Below, piece after piece: positions 1-10,138 of a stretch of DNA of 32,000 bases. Position numbers and translations under genes: made by a program. The number at the start of each line of letters is the position of its first letter. Position 1 is the stretch's first letter. The DNA lies in NCBI RefSeq assembly GCF_000012465.1, contig NC_007335.2, forward strand, positions 390,001 to 422,000, written 5' to 3'. The notes under the pieces were generated by a model. The model was given only the letters and a program-made list of their open reading frames with translations, was not told where the DNA came from and searched no databases. Source of the stretch: Prochlorococcus marinus str. NATL2A. GTDB taxonomy: Bacteria; Cyanobacteriota; Cyanobacteriia; PCC-6307; Cyanobiaceae.

Positions 1-78
1 TGCCACTTTTCTCGAATTTGTTGGTCCTTTGTGTTCTGAATCGATACGATCATGAAAGATGTTTAACTTATAAGGACT

Positions 79-516
79 ATGGATCTTTTACTTATTAATG
101 GTCCAAATTTAAATCTTGTTGGGAAAAGGGAACCATCCATATATGGATCCCAAACTTTAGAAGACATTCAAGCAGAATTATTGACTTTAGCTAGTGAACT
201 TGATGCAAAGCTCAAATTCTTTCAGAGTAATTCAGAGGGCGAGATGATTGATTGCATTCAAAAAAGTGTTGGCTCCATTGACGGAATATTGATTAATGCA
301 GGCGCATATACACATACCTCTATTGCTCTTAGAGATGCTTTATTAGGAGTTGCTATTCCTTACGTTGAAGTACATTTAAGTAATATCTATTCCAGGGAAG
401 AATTTCGCCATAAATCATTCCTTTCAGATAAAGCATTGGGTTTGGTTTGTGGCTTTGGAGCGAATAGTTATCAACTTGCTTTAGAGGGGATAGTTTCTTA
501 TTTAAAGCGAGTCTGA
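79..516 (+). CDS. aroQ: 3-dehydroquinate dehydratase, type II
   Basis: 145-aa ORF. The N-terminus [20 protein letters not shown] and the [13 protein letters not shown] and VEVHLSNI motifs are typical of type II dehydroquinase. Confidence 0.9.
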
Positions 517-523
517 GAAGTTT

Positions 524-1138
524 ATGAATAATTCAAAATCTCAAGTTGCAGGGCCATCAAAGATTCGCTGGCTAATAAATAAAACTTCTGAAGATTGGAT
601 AGATCTTGCAATTTCTAACCCGATGGAAATTCTTTTGGATCATGCACATTGTGAAAGGAAGGCTGCTGGAGTGGCTCTACAACTTATGTTTCGTTATGTC
701 AGTGAACCTGGGCTTTCAGAGGTACTGAGCCCATTAGCGCGAGAGGAACTTGAACATTTTGAGAGAGTTTTATCTATTTTAAATGCTCGTGGACAAAAAC
801 TTCAAAAATTAGCCTCACCTCCCTATGGATTGACTCTGGCAAAAAATATTTGCAAAGATGAACCATTGCGAATGTTGGATAGCTTTCTTGTCGCCGGACT
901 TATTGAGGCAAGGAGTCATGAAAGAATGAAATTGTTGTCTATACATTCCCCTGATGTAGAACTTCGTGATTTATACGCCGACTTACTCAAAAGCGAGGCT
1001 AGGCATTTTGGAATTTATTGGAAGTTGGCAGATGAACGCTTTGAAAGAAATCTTCTTACCTCTAGGCTAGAAGAATTAGCTAAGGTTGAATCTGATGCTT
1101 TATTGGAAATGCATCATCAGCCAAGGATGCATAGTTAA
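524..1138 (+). CDS. miaE: tRNA-(ms2io6A)-hydroxylase-like diiron protein
   Basis: 204-aa ORF with DHAHCERKAAG and two E-x-x-H diiron motifs (EELEHF, SEARHF), as in MiaE. It starts 8 nt after the aroQ stop. Confidence 0.8.
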   Translation: MNNSKSQVAGPSKIRWLINKTSEDWIDLAISNPMEILLDHAHCERKAAGVALQLMFRYVSEPGLSEVLSPLAREELEHFERVLSILNARGQKLQKLASPPYGLTLAKNICKDEPLRMLDSFLVAGLIEARSHERMKLLSIHSPDVELRDLYADLLKSEARHFGIYWKLADERFERNLLTSRLEELAKVESDALLEMHHQPRMHS

Positions 1139-1174
1139 TTATCTCTTTTAAGTAGACAGAAGTTATCCAATCAA

Positions 1175-1903
1175 ATGAAAGTTTTGACTATTGCTGGCGT
1201 AGGACCAGGTGATCCTTCTTTGTTAACTTTGGCAGCAGTTGAGGCCATTCGAGAATCAACAGTTGTTTCTTATCCAGTCTCTACTAGAGGAGGAGATAGT
1301 CTTGCTGAAAAAATTGCTTCAAAATGGATAACCAAAGATAAAAAAAAATTACCTTTATACTTTCCCATGGTTGACGATCAGAACACTTTAAAAAGTGCAT
1401 GGCGAGTTGCCGGGAATGATTTAATGAAGATGGTTGACAAAGGTGAAAGAGTTGTTTTTCTTGCTCAAGGAGATATCTCGCTTTTCTCGACAGGTTCTTA
1501 TCTTTCAAAGGAGTTAGAAAAATATCATCCAGAGTGCGTTGTTAAATTAATTCCAGGTGTGACATCTTTTTCTGCCGCCGCTGCGAAAAGTAAATTACCA
1601 CTTGCTTTTCAAGAGGAAGAATTACTTGTCTTACCTGTCCCAGACTCATATGACGAGCTGAAGTCTATTTTGTCTGATGCAGCGTCAAAGAAAAGGGTAG
1701 TTGTTTTGCTCAAGCTTGGTAAAAAATGGGAATGGGTCAAACTTTTGCTTGAAGAACTTGATCTAATAAAAATTTCTATATTTGCAGAAAGAATAGGATT
1801 TTCAGATCAACAAATACTTAGGGCATCTGATCTGCCCTCAGGGACTAGGCCATATTTTTCTTTACTGTTGATTCGACAAAGTTGGCCTTTGACAATGCCC
1901 TAA
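1175..1903 (+). CDS. cobI: precorrin-2 C20-methyltransferase (CobI/CbiL family tetrapyrrole methylase)
   Basis: 242-aa ORF. The N-terminal IAGVGPGDPSLLTLAA motif of tetrapyrrole methylases and the overall length fit CobI/CbiL. Confidence 0.75.
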   Translation: MKVLTIAGVGPGDPSLLTLAAVEAIRESTVVSYPVSTRGGDSLAEKIASKWITKDKKKLPLYFPMVDDQNTLKSAWRVAGNDLMKMVDKGERVVFLAQGDISLFSTGSYLSKELEKYHPECVVKLIPGVTSFSAAAAKSKLPLAFQEEELLVLPVPDSYDELKSILSDAASKKRVVVLLKLGKKWEWVKLLLEELDLIKISIFAERIGFSDQQILRASDLPSGTRPYFSLLLIRQSWPLTMP

Positions 1904-1909
1904 AACTTT

Positions 1910-2902
1910 TTAGTTGAATTTAAGCAGTTCGTCTTCCAGTAGTTTAATTGCGTCGTTTGGAGTGCGTGCTCTAACTAATTTATGGCGAAGATTAGACGCA
2001 CCTTCAAAACCTCTACAAGTCCAATTCATATGTTTCCTAGCAATCAAAAGCCCATGATTTCCTTTCTTTGAAACAAGTAATTTTAGGTGCTCTAAAGATA
2101 AACTCACTTTCATCTTTGCGTCAGGTGGTTTAAAAGTTGTTTGGTTCTTAATTTCTTCATCAATTTGTCCAACTAGCCATGGGGCTCCCATACTTGCCCT
2201 TCCTATCATCACCCCATCGGCATTCGTGATCTTTAGGCACTCAATAGCATCTCGAGAGTTTTTAATATCACCATTAGCGATGACAGGTATATCTAATGAC
2301 TTTTTGATTTTTGCAATAGCTTTCCAGTTTGCATGGCCAGAAAATCCTTGCCTTCTTGTTCGCCCATGAACAGTTATGAGTTGAGCCCCAGCCTCCTGTA
2401 GACCTAAAGCAAAAGATACTGGATCACTTGTGGTTTCACACCACCCCAATCTTATTTTGACTGTTACTGGAATAGATATGGCTTTTGAAACCTTTTTGAC
2501 GATTAATTGTGCAAGTTCTGGTTCTTTCAATAGAGCACTTCCGCCTCCTTTCCTGGCAATTTTTTTTACTGGGCAACCCATATTGATATCTATAAGAAAT
2601 GCACCAGATGATTCGGCTTTGATGGCAGCATCTACCATTGAATCTGGCCTATGGTCAAAAAGTTGAACACCAATTGGACCACTTTCTTCTGAAAGCTCAA
2701 TTACTTTCTCTTCACCATGACCTAATTCAAGACTTTTAGCATTTACCATTTCGGTGAAAAGTAAAGCTTTTGGAGACCATCTACGAACAAAGTTCCTGAA
2801 TATTTGATCGCTTACTCCTGCAAGTGGGGACTGAATAACCAGACACTCTAGAGATCTAGGTGTCCCATTGCCTGACAAACAAATCGGAGAAAACTCTTTC
2901 AT
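1910..2902 (-). CDS. dus: tRNA-dihydrouridine synthase
   Basis: 330-aa ORF with SPLAGVSDQIFR and DINMGCPVKK (catalytic Cys) Dus/FMN TIM-barrel motifs. It is convergent with cobI, with only a 6-nt gap. Confidence 0.85.
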   Translation of the reverse strand: MKEFSPICLSGNGTPRSLECLVIQSPLAGVSDQIFRNFVRRWSPKALLFTEMVNAKSLELGHGEEKVIELSEESGPIGVQLFDHRPDSMVDAAIKAESSGAFLIDINMGCPVKKIARKGGGSALLKEPELAQLIVKKVSKAISIPVTVKIRLGWCETTSDPVSFALGLQEAGAQLITVHGRTRRQGFSGHANWKAIAKIKKSLDIPVIANGDIKNSRDAIECLKITNADGVMIGRASMGAPWLVGQIDEEIKNQTTFKPPDAKMKVSLSLEHLKLLVSKKGNHGLLIARKHMNWTCRGFEGASNLRHKLVRARTPNDAIKLLEDELLKFN

Positions 2903-3229
2903 CTTTAGAGGGAAATTTGATTTATTTCAGTCATTACAAAAAGAGAAAGTTTTATCTGTTTCGCTGATTTCTGAAAATAAGCAAAAAATATTTATTGATG
3001 CTTTTAAGGAAATTGGAACTTGAAGAAACGCTAACAAAACGAGAAGTATTGCTATTAAAGATGGTTTGGTTGTTGATGAATCCCTATTTTTTTTGGTCAA
3101 TCTTTTTAGGGAAGTTTGATTTCTAAATTTCATTTTGGAATCGAACTCTTTGCTCATACTTGTAGTATGAAGAATTAATCTTAATTTTGACCTATAAAGG
3201 GTCAATAATCTTATGAAAGGTAGAGAAAT

Positions 3230-4600
3230 TTGGCGCTACCAGTAGTCGCAATAATTGGACGCCCAAATGTTGGGAAATCTACATTGGTGAATCGCTTATG
3301 TCAGAGCAGAGAAGCCATTGTTCATGATGAGCCGGGGGTAACGAGAGATCGAACTTATCAAGATGGATTCTGGAGGGATAGAGATTTTAAAGTTGTAGAT
3401 ACTGGAGGGCTAGTCTTTGATGACGATAGTGAGTTCCTCCCTGAAATTAGAGAGCAAGCTAATCTTGCGCTTGAGGAAGCCGTAGTTGCATTAGTAATTG
3501 TTGATGGCCAGGAGGGAATTACTACCGCTGATGAATCAATTGCTGAATTTTTAAGGTCTCGTTCCGGCAAAACCCTCGTGGTGGTTAATAAATGTGAATC
3601 TCCCGAACAAGGTTTAGCAATGGCAGCTCAATTTTGGAAGCTTGGTCTTGGTGAGCCCTATCCAATCTCTGCCATACATGGAGTAGGTACAGGCGATCTG
3701 CTTGATCAGGTGGTTAATTTGTTTCCCTCTAAAGATTTAGATGAAGTTAGTGATTCTCCTGTTCAATTGGCAATTATTGGGAGACCAAATGTAGGTAAGT
3801 CAAGTCTTCTTAATTCTATTTGTGGAGAGACAAGGGCAATTGTTAGCTCTATTAGGGGTACAACTCGAGATACGATTGATACTCGAATTACTCATCAGGG
3901 TAAGGAATGGAAATTAGTTGATACGGCGGGAATACGTAGACGTAGAAGTGTTAATTATGGCCCAGAATTTTTTGGTATTAATCGCAGTTTTAAGGCAATA
4001 GAAAGAAGTGATGTCTGTGTGTTGGTTATAGATGCTTTGGATGGCGTTACAGAACAAGATCAAAGGCTTGCAGGTAGAATTGAGCAGGAAGGAAGAGCTT
4101 GTTTGATAGTCATTAATAAATGGGATGCTGTAGAAAAAGATAGTCACACAATGTCTGCAATGGAAAAAGACATTCGTTCAAAATTATATTTTCTCGATTG
4201 GGCCCAGATGATCTTTACATCAGCAGTTACGGGTCAAAGAGTAGAGGGTATTTTTGCATTAGCTACTTTGGCCGTTGATCAGAGTAGAAGAAGGGTAACT
4301 ACTTCAGTTGTTAATGAGGTGCTGACTGAGGCCTTAAAATGGAGAAGTCCACCTACAACCAGAGGGGGAAAACAAGGGCGTCTTTATTACGGTACTCAAG
4401 TAGCTATTAATCCTCCCAGTTTTACTCTGTTCGTGAATGAACCTAAATTGTTTGGGGAAACTTATCGAAGATATATTGAGAGACAAATTAGAGAGGGTCT
4501 TGGTTTTGAAGGGACTCCTATAAAATTATTTTGGAGAGGGAAGCAGCAACGCGATGTCGAAAAAGATATGGCACGCCAACAGAAAGGGGTCCGAAATTAG
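3230..4600 (+). CDS. der: ribosome-associated GTPase Der/EngA
   Basis: 456 aa. Two tandem GTPase domains each carry a GRPNVGKS P-loop, DTGG/DTAG and NKCE/NKWD motifs, followed by a C-terminal KH-like domain. TTG start. Confidence 0.95.
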   Translation: MALPVVAIIGRPNVGKSTLVNRLCQSREAIVHDEPGVTRDRTYQDGFWRDRDFKVVDTGGLVFDDDSEFLPEIREQANLALEEAVVALVIVDGQEGITTADESIAEFLRSRSGKTLVVVNKCESPEQGLAMAAQFWKLGLGEPYPISAIHGVGTGDLLDQVVNLFPSKDLDEVSDSPVQLAIIGRPNVGKSSLLNSICGETRAIVSSIRGTTRDTIDTRITHQGKEWKLVDTAGIRRRRSVNYGPEFFGINRSFKAIERSDVCVLVIDALDGVTEQDQRLAGRIEQEGRACLIVINKWDAVEKDSHTMSAMEKDIRSKLYFLDWAQMIFTSAVTGQRVEGIFALATLAVDQSRRRVTTSVVNEVLTEALKWRSPPTTRGGKQGRLYYGTQVAINPPSFTLFVNEPKLFGETYRRYIERQIREGLGFEGTPIKLFWRGKQQRDVEKDMARQQKGVRN

Positions 4601-4609
4601 TAATTATTT

Positions 4610-5524
4610 ATGGATTGGCTAAAAAAGATTCCAATTGGTCAATATGTCTCTGGCAAATCTAGCTGGCTTCGTGGTATTGATCCTCGAATTAAACTCTCTT
4701 GGATCTTGTTGTTTTTGCTGACTCCGATTTTAGCTAATTCTCTTTGGAGGATTTCAATAGCTTTTGTTCTTTTATTGATTACATTTCTTAGTTTCCTCCC
4801 TCCACGTATTTGGTGGCGATCTCTAGTATTTTTATTGGCTTTCTCTTTGGTTATTGGATCCTTATCGATTGTTTTACCTGCTAGTCAATCATCCTTTGCA
4901 TTACCTATAAGAGCATCTGATGAAATACCAGGAGCAATTATTTTGACTCGATCATGGGAGATTTTTAGATTGGGGCCTATTGACTTCGGGGGAATTTCAT
5001 TAGGACCATTAATTATCGATCGCCGCTCGGCTGAATTAGGTATTAAAACTTCAACCTTGATTTTTACTGTTATTCACAGTGTGAATTTGATATTAATTAC
5101 AACACCTCCTGAAGACCTTGTATGGGCAATAAGGTGGTTTTTTGCACCTTTGACTCTATTGGGATTTCCTTTAGAAAAACTATCTTTTCAACTGCTTTTG
5201 GCTTTACGATTTTTACCTTTAGTTCAAGAGGAACTCCAAAACCTCTTTCGCTCAATTGGTGTGAGGGCAATTGATTTTAAAAAATTGGGACTTAAAAGTT
5301 CATTGGGGTTATTTGTGACTTTAGGGGAAAGACTATTGTCAAATATTTTGCTTAGAGCAGAACAGGGGGCTGATTCATTAATGTCAAGGCAGGGGCTTTG
5401 GCTATCTTCAGAGCAATTAAGACCAAACATAGTTATTAATCCTAAATATTTGTGGATTAACATAAGTTCGATTTTTTTGCTTTTGATAGCCATTAGCTTA
5501 CGTTGTCTGTATGGTACGTCTTAA
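4610..5524 (+). CDS. energy-coupling-factor / cobalt transporter transmembrane component (CbiQ/EcfT family)
   Basis: 304-aa polytopic membrane protein with a C-terminal Arg/Gly-containing coupling-helix-like segment (LLRAEQGADSLMSRQG). It starts 9 nt after the der stop. Confidence 0.65.
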   Translation: MDWLKKIPIGQYVSGKSSWLRGIDPRIKLSWILLFLLTPILANSLWRISIAFVLLLITFLSFLPPRIWWRSLVFLLAFSLVIGSLSIVLPASQSSFALPIRASDEIPGAIILTRSWEIFRLGPIDFGGISLGPLIIDRRSAELGIKTSTLIFTVIHSVNLILITTPPEDLVWAIRWFFAPLTLLGFPLEKLSFQLLLALRFLPLVQEELQNLFRSIGVRAIDFKKLGLKSSLGLFVTLGERLLSNILLRAEQGADSLMSRQGLWLSSEQLRPNIVINPKYLWINISSIFLLLIAISLRCLYGTS

Positions 5525-5539
5525 TTAAAAAAATCAGGT

Positions 5540-5806
5540 TTGAACGCTGAGCGCTATCTAAATCATCCAACTTTTGGAATGCTATATCTAGTGTCACCAG
5601 CAAGTAATGGTAGAGACGTATATGCAACTTTATATGCACAGAAAATATTTTTTTTAGTTACTTTGCAACCACGGGGAGCAACCTTTGAAGTTATCCCATA
5701 TATGGACGCTCGACATTATTCGGAAATGCATATGGCTAAATGTAGAAGAGAAAAATCCTCCGATATGGATGTTTGGCAAGAACTATTTAATCAAACTTTT
5801 ATGTAA
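5540..5806 (+). CDS. pipX: PII-interacting protein PipX
   Basis: 88 aa. ERYLNHPTFGMLYLV ... ATLYAQKIFFLV closely matches the cyanobacterial PipX N-terminal Tudor-like domain. TTG start. Confidence 0.85.
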   Translation: MNAERYLNHPTFGMLYLVSPASNGRDVYATLYAQKIFFLVTLQPRGATFEVIPYMDARHYSEMHMAKCRREKSSDMDVWQELFNQTFM

Positions 5807-5817
5807 CTCTATTTGAC

Positions 5818-6459
5818 TTGATTTTGACTGGTTCTAATGAATTTAAGAAAATTAAAGACTCTATACCCCTTGGGGTAAATTTACTTGCTGTAAGCAAGGG
5901 GCATAAGCATGACTCGATACGTAAACTTTCTGGTTATGGTCAGTTGGATTTTGGAGAAAGTCGTTTGCAAGAGGCCATCCTAAAAAAGATCGATCTAAGT
6001 GATTTAACGCAACTCAGATGGCATTTTGTTGGAACATTGCAGAAAAATAAAGTTAGAAGAGTTATTAAAGAATTTGACTTTATTCATTCGGTTGATTCAT
6101 TGCCTTTGCTTGAACGTATTTCTAGAATTTCACAAGAAGAGCAAAAATCTCCGAATATATTTTTACAAGTTAAATTTATAGAGGACCCCAACAAGGGTGG
6201 ATTTTTAAAAGAAGAACTTTTGAAAAGTTGGTCTAATATTATTTCTTTGAAGAATATTAATTTGATTGGATTAATGACAATACCGCCAATAGTTCTTAAT
6301 GCATATCAAAGAAAAGATTTATTTTGTGAATGTAGAAATTTTGCAAATCATTTGGGATTAAAGGATTGCTCAATGGGAATGAGCAACGATTGGCAAGAAG
6401 CTATTCAAGGTGGTGCTACTTGGATTCGATTGGGATCTCTTTTGTTTGGTAAACGTTAG
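5818..6459 (+). CDS. pipY: YggS/PipY family pyridoxal-phosphate homeostasis protein
   Basis: 213 aa. It has the LLAVSKGH PLP-lysine motif and the MGMSNDW ... IRLGSLLFG C-terminus typical of YggS/COG0325. It lies directly downstream of pipX, as in other cyanobacteria. Confidence 0.85.
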   Translation: MILTGSNEFKKIKDSIPLGVNLLAVSKGHKHDSIRKLSGYGQLDFGESRLQEAILKKIDLSDLTQLRWHFVGTLQKNKVRRVIKEFDFIHSVDSLPLLERISRISQEEQKSPNIFLQVKFIEDPNKGGFLKEELLKSWSNIISLKNINLIGLMTIPPIVLNAYQRKDLFCECRNFANHLGLKDCSMGMSNDWQEAIQGGATWIRLGSLLFGKR

Positions 6460-6620
6460 AATTAGATAAATAGTCGAAGATATGAAAAAACTAATAAAAA
6501 AGCTTGCCCCTTAAGTTAAGGAACGTTATTTAAGTATATGGTTCATCCTTCATGTTGTTGAAGATGTATCCTTTGTTGGCTTATCCAACTTTTAACAAAT
6601 CATCCCGAGAGGATTAACTG

Positions 6621-7196
6621 GTGTCGCTTATTTCCCGTCTTCGTGCTGTCGTCGCTGGCGATGACTTTTTAGATAGTGATTTTGATGAGCTCGATTACGA
6701 AACAAGTGATGACTTTGAGAATTTCAATAGAGGTAAGAAAGAGGGAAGTACAGAAATGGCAACTATCTCTCAGGCCAATCCTTTTGATGGAAGGAGTGGT
6801 TTCCCTCCCTCAAACGTTATTGGAATGCCTGGTATCTCAACAAATGATTCTGAAGTTAGTTTGATGGAACCTCGGAGCTTTGATGAAATGCCAAGAGTGA
6901 TACAAGCCTTGAGGGAGCGTAAAACAGTTATCTTAAATCTCACAATGATGGAGCCTGATCAGGCTCAAAGAGCAGTTGATTTTGTCGCAGGCGGAACGTT
7001 TGCTATTGATGGACATCAAGAAAGAGTCGGAGAAAGCATTTTTCTTTTTGCACCTTCTTGCGTAACAGTAACTAATTCATTTCAAGAGGAAGCCTCCCCT
7101 TCAAATATGAGTAATAAAGGTAATGATTTGATTTCCAAGGAAACCTCTCCTGCGCCAGAGCCTGCTTGGGGTGAGACAGTCGCTACTGCTCTTTGA
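6621..7196 (+). CDS. sepF: cell division protein SepF
   Basis: 191 aa. The conserved core is [56 protein letters not shown] start, preceded by GAGAGGA. Confidence 0.85.
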   Translation: MSLISRLRAVVAGDDFLDSDFDELDYETSDDFENFNRGKKEGSTEMATISQANPFDGRSGFPPSNVIGMPGISTNDSEVSLMEPRSFDEMPRVIQALRERKTVILNLTMMEPDQAQRAVDFVAGGTFAIDGHQERVGESIFLFAPSCVTVTNSFQEEASPSNMSNKGNDLISKETSPAPEPAWGETVATAL

Positions 7197-7213
7197 ATAA
7201 ATGATTAAATAGA

Positions 7214-8050
7214 TTGGAAATTTCTATTGGGATAATTGGCCTTGGCAGTATGGCTAAGGCTATTGTTTCACCTCTTTTGGAGAGAGGTGAATACAATCCT
7301 CAACAAGTTTTAGGAATTGTTGGTAGGAGCTCAAGTATTGCATCTGCATTGAATGATCTTCCAAAGGAAGTAAAAGTCGTATCAAGCAAAGATTCTTTGT
7401 CTAAAGAAGTGTGGAAGGCCCCTATAAAAATATTGGCTGTAAAACCTCAACAATTGAGCAAAATCAAAGAATCTGTCTCGTCATTTCAATCGAATGATCA
7501 GTTTCCTAAACCGTTATTAATTTCAGTTTTAGCTGGAATAACACTGAAAAGTCTTAAGAAAGCTTTCCCTAGACACACATGTGTAAGAGCAGTGCCCAAT
7601 ACCCCTTCTCTTGTCGGCCAAGGGCTTACTGGTTTGGCGTGGCCAGATGATATGACTTTGGATCAAAAGAAAGTTGTTAGAAAGATTTTTGAACCTATTA
7701 GTGAAATTTACGAATTGGAGGAGCCAAAGCTTGATTCCTTTTTGGCTTTAACTTCTTCAGGACCTGCATATATAGCTTTAGTTGTTGAAGCAATGGCTGA
7801 TGGAGCTGTTGCCGCAGGATTACCACGACTCTTATCCAATCAATTAGCTCATAAAACCCTTTCAGGTACTGCATCTCTACTAAGAGAAAAGAGTTTGCAC
7901 CCTGCTGAACTAAAAGATATGGTTGCCTCTCCTGCAGGTACTACGATTAGTGCTCTTCGACACCTTGAACTTGCTGGCTTGAGATCCGCCTTAATTGAAG
8001 CAGTTGTTTTGGCAGCGCAGAAGAGTCGTCAATTGGCTGAGGAAGTTTAG
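7214..8050 (+). CDS. proC: pyrroline-5-carboxylate reductase
   Basis: 278 aa with an N-terminal GIIGLGSMAKAI Rossmann motif and the C-terminal SPAGTTISALRHLELAGLRSALIEAV ProC signature. TTG start. Confidence 0.9.
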   Translation: MEISIGIIGLGSMAKAIVSPLLERGEYNPQQVLGIVGRSSSIASALNDLPKEVKVVSSKDSLSKEVWKAPIKILAVKPQQLSKIKESVSSFQSNDQFPKPLLISVLAGITLKSLKKAFPRHTCVRAVPNTPSLVGQGLTGLAWPDDMTLDQKKVVRKIFEPISEIYELEEPKLDSFLALTSSGPAYIALVVEAMADGAVAAGLPRLLSNQLAHKTLSGTASLLREKSLHPAELKDMVASPAGTTISALRHLELAGLRSALIEAVVLAAQKSRQLAEEV

Positions 8051-9221
8051 AGCTAGATGATCTAAGTACGTTTGTATATAGATTTTCAAGTGAGTCAATA
8101 TTTTGTTGAAGTGTATATTTTTCTTCTACTCTTAAGCGTGCACGTCTACCTAGTTCGTGGGTAAGTACTGGCTGATCGTGCAAAACAGGTAAAAGAGTCC
8201 TTAATTGAGACGTTACACCCTCAGTATTAAGTATGATTCCTGCTCCATTTTCAAGCACCTCTCCATCTGCTCCAGCATCTGTCGCGACACATGCTGTTCC
8301 TGTTGCCATAGCTTCCAACAAGGCAATAGATAATCCTTCTACAAGACTTGGAAGTAAAAAGACCTCAGCGATTTGAAGAAGAGCGACTCTTTTATTTTGA
8401 TCAGCTTCGTATCCCCACCAAAACACATTATCTTCTTTGTTGGAAATTGAATGATTTTCGAGTGTTGGCCTTAGTGGACCATCTCCCACTATTACTAATC
8501 GACATCCTTTTGGCTGGACAAATCTCCATGCACGTAGTAGAGCTTCAACATTTTTTTCAGAAGCTATTCTACCCATATAGATAAATATTCTCTCAGAACC
8601 AAGCTTTTTCCTTATCTCGAAATGAAGTTCATTTTGTGAATTATGTGGTTTAAGCGTGTTCCACTTCTTTATATCAATTCCATTAGGTATTACTTCTAGT
8701 CTGCTCTCTTTTACTCCTAGTTTTGCGAGAACCTCTGCTTGTAAATCTGAAAAAACAATTACTTTGTCATACTTAGCTAATGATGGAGCATAAAGTTGGT
8801 AGGTAAGTTGCTGTGTATTGGCCGTAAGATTTCTGAGCTTTGAATCGAAAGCTGGGTGAAAAGTTGCTATCAAAGGTAAATTAAGTTGATGACAGAGCTC
8901 AGGCAGTCGGAAATCCAATGGAGAAAGCGTAAGACTTGCATGAACTAAATCAGGTTTCAGTCTTGAGAGCGATTCTCTAAGCTCCCTTTGCGCATTTAGA
9001 GAAGGAATTGTGTAAACCTGAGATTTAATTAAATAAGGAAGACTTACGTCGGGATCATTCGCCAAGAGGGAAGTCTTATTATTCCCATCCCTCATTGGGT
9101 TATCAAAATGAATAAAACTTGTTTGATATCCTCTTTCTTTGAGCTCTTCAGTCGTGCTAAGCCCATAACAGACATTCCCGCAAAAAGGTGTTTTTTTGCC
9201 TAGCCAGGCGATATGGGTCAA
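7947..9221 (-). CDS. glycosyltransferase, family 1 (GT-B fold)
   Basis: 424 aa with the GT1 E-x7-E region (PSLVEGLSIALLEAMATGTACVATD). The last ~35 codons run antisense through the 3' end of proC. Confidence 0.75.
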   Translation of the reverse strand: MTHIAWLGKKTPFCGNVCYGLSTTEELKERGYQTSFIHFDNPMRDGNNKTSLLANDPDVSLPYLIKSQVYTIPSLNAQRELRESLSRLKPDLVHASLTLSPLDFRLPELCHQLNLPLIATFHPAFDSKLRNLTANTQQLTYQLYAPSLAKYDKVIVFSDLQAEVLAKLGVKESRLEVIPNGIDIKKWNTLKPHNSQNELHFEIRKKLGSERIFIYMGRIASEKNVEALLRAWRFVQPKGCRLVIVGDGPLRPTLENHSISNKEDNVFWWGYEADQNKRVALLQIAEVFLLPSLVEGLSIALLEAMATGTACVATDAGADGEVLENGAGIILNTEGVTSQLRTLLPVLHDQPVLTHELGRRARLRVEEKYTLQQNIDSLENLYTNVLRSSSSKLPQPIDDSSALPKQLLQLRRISSQQVQGVEEH

Positions 9222-9337
9222 ACTCTAGAAAACCGGTATTTTAAATTAGCAGCTATCATATATTTCTAATCAAACTATTGTTAATAGTTAAATAATTTAT
9301 AAATAAGATTTTCTAAAAAAAATTTAAATATAAGTTA

Positions 9338-10138
9338 CTACTTGGTATTTAGTTCATTACTAATTATTACTTCTCTCATCATTTCAAGAGATGTGATTTT
9401 TTTTTGTAAATGAGTTTCAATCCAGGTTTCAACAATTCTCAGTAGTTTTAACCAGACATTTTTAGGACCTAATAATTTCCCATTACTGTGAAAAGGTAAT
9501 TTTTCAAGTAATAGTCTCTGAAGTAAAGCAAGTTCAGATGGATTCAGTTCTGCGCTTGCATTAGGAATTGTTCCAATAGCAAAACCTTCTTCAGGTATAA
9601 AGCTGCACTTCCAGCTCCATTCTCCAATAGGTGGTATCAGCCTGGAACCAGAATGACAACAGTTTTGAAGTGGTAGGCAATATCCTCCTAGAGCCAATAA
9701 ATGAACACACGATTGAACGCTGATTGCTAAAGCTTCTAATGAATTAAATTCTGTTTTATGTAAGTCATTTAGTCTATTTAAATGGATTAAAACTAATTTA
9801 AGTAAATCTTTTTGAGGATCTTCATTGCCAACCATAACCATAATTAGCTCTGAAATCGCTTGGGCTGCTGAAAGTGTTTCGATGTTTCTTCCTAGATCCC
9901 CATAACTTTTAAGAATCTTTATTTGTGTAACTCGCCTAAGATTTTTCTTTCCGACTATATGTAAGTCTAAAAAATTAAAAGGTGATGTCGCTCCAAGCCT
10001 GCTTTTGGGTTTTCTTGCTCCTGGTATAGCAAAACGAGATATTCCATTTTCTTCACTAAGTATGGTTAATAGCCTGTCACTCTCGCCGAGAGGTCCAACT
10101 TTTAAAGAAAGTCCTTTCATTCTTTGATTTAAACTCAT
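9338..10138 (-). CDS. recO: DNA repair protein RecO
   Basis: 266 aa. An N-terminal OB-fold-like region (LKVGPLGESDRLLTILSEENGISRF) and overall RecO-like organisation. The start overlaps the deoC-like stop (TAATG). Confidence 0.8.
   Translation of the reverse strand: MSLNQRMKGLSLKVGPLGESDRLLTILSEENGISRFAIPGARKPKSRLGATSPFNFLDLHIVGKKNLRRVTQIKILKSYGDLGRNIETLSAAQAISELIMVMVGNEDPQKDLLKLVLIHLNRLNDLHKTEFNSLEALAISVQSCVHLLALGGYCLPLQNCCHSGSRLIPPIGEWSWKCSFIPEEGFAIGTIPNASAELNPSELALLQRLLLEKLPFHSNGKLLGPKNVWLKLLRIVETWIETHLQKKITSLEMMREVIISNELNTK

Noticed and set aside
1-78. Possible 5' end of a minus-strand gene (ATG at 53-51, MIVSIQNTKDQQIREKW...) running off the left edge.
   Set aside because: Only 17 codons are visible and no motif is recognisable, so it cannot be supported.
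2927-3205. 92-aa minus-strand ORF filling the dus/der divergent intergenic region.
   Set aside because: It would leave only about 25 nt (72 nt from the internal Met) for two divergent promoters. The sequence is low-complexity and AT-rich, and I recognise no family. It is more likely promoter or 5' UTR DNA than a gene, though a small membrane protein cannot be excluded.
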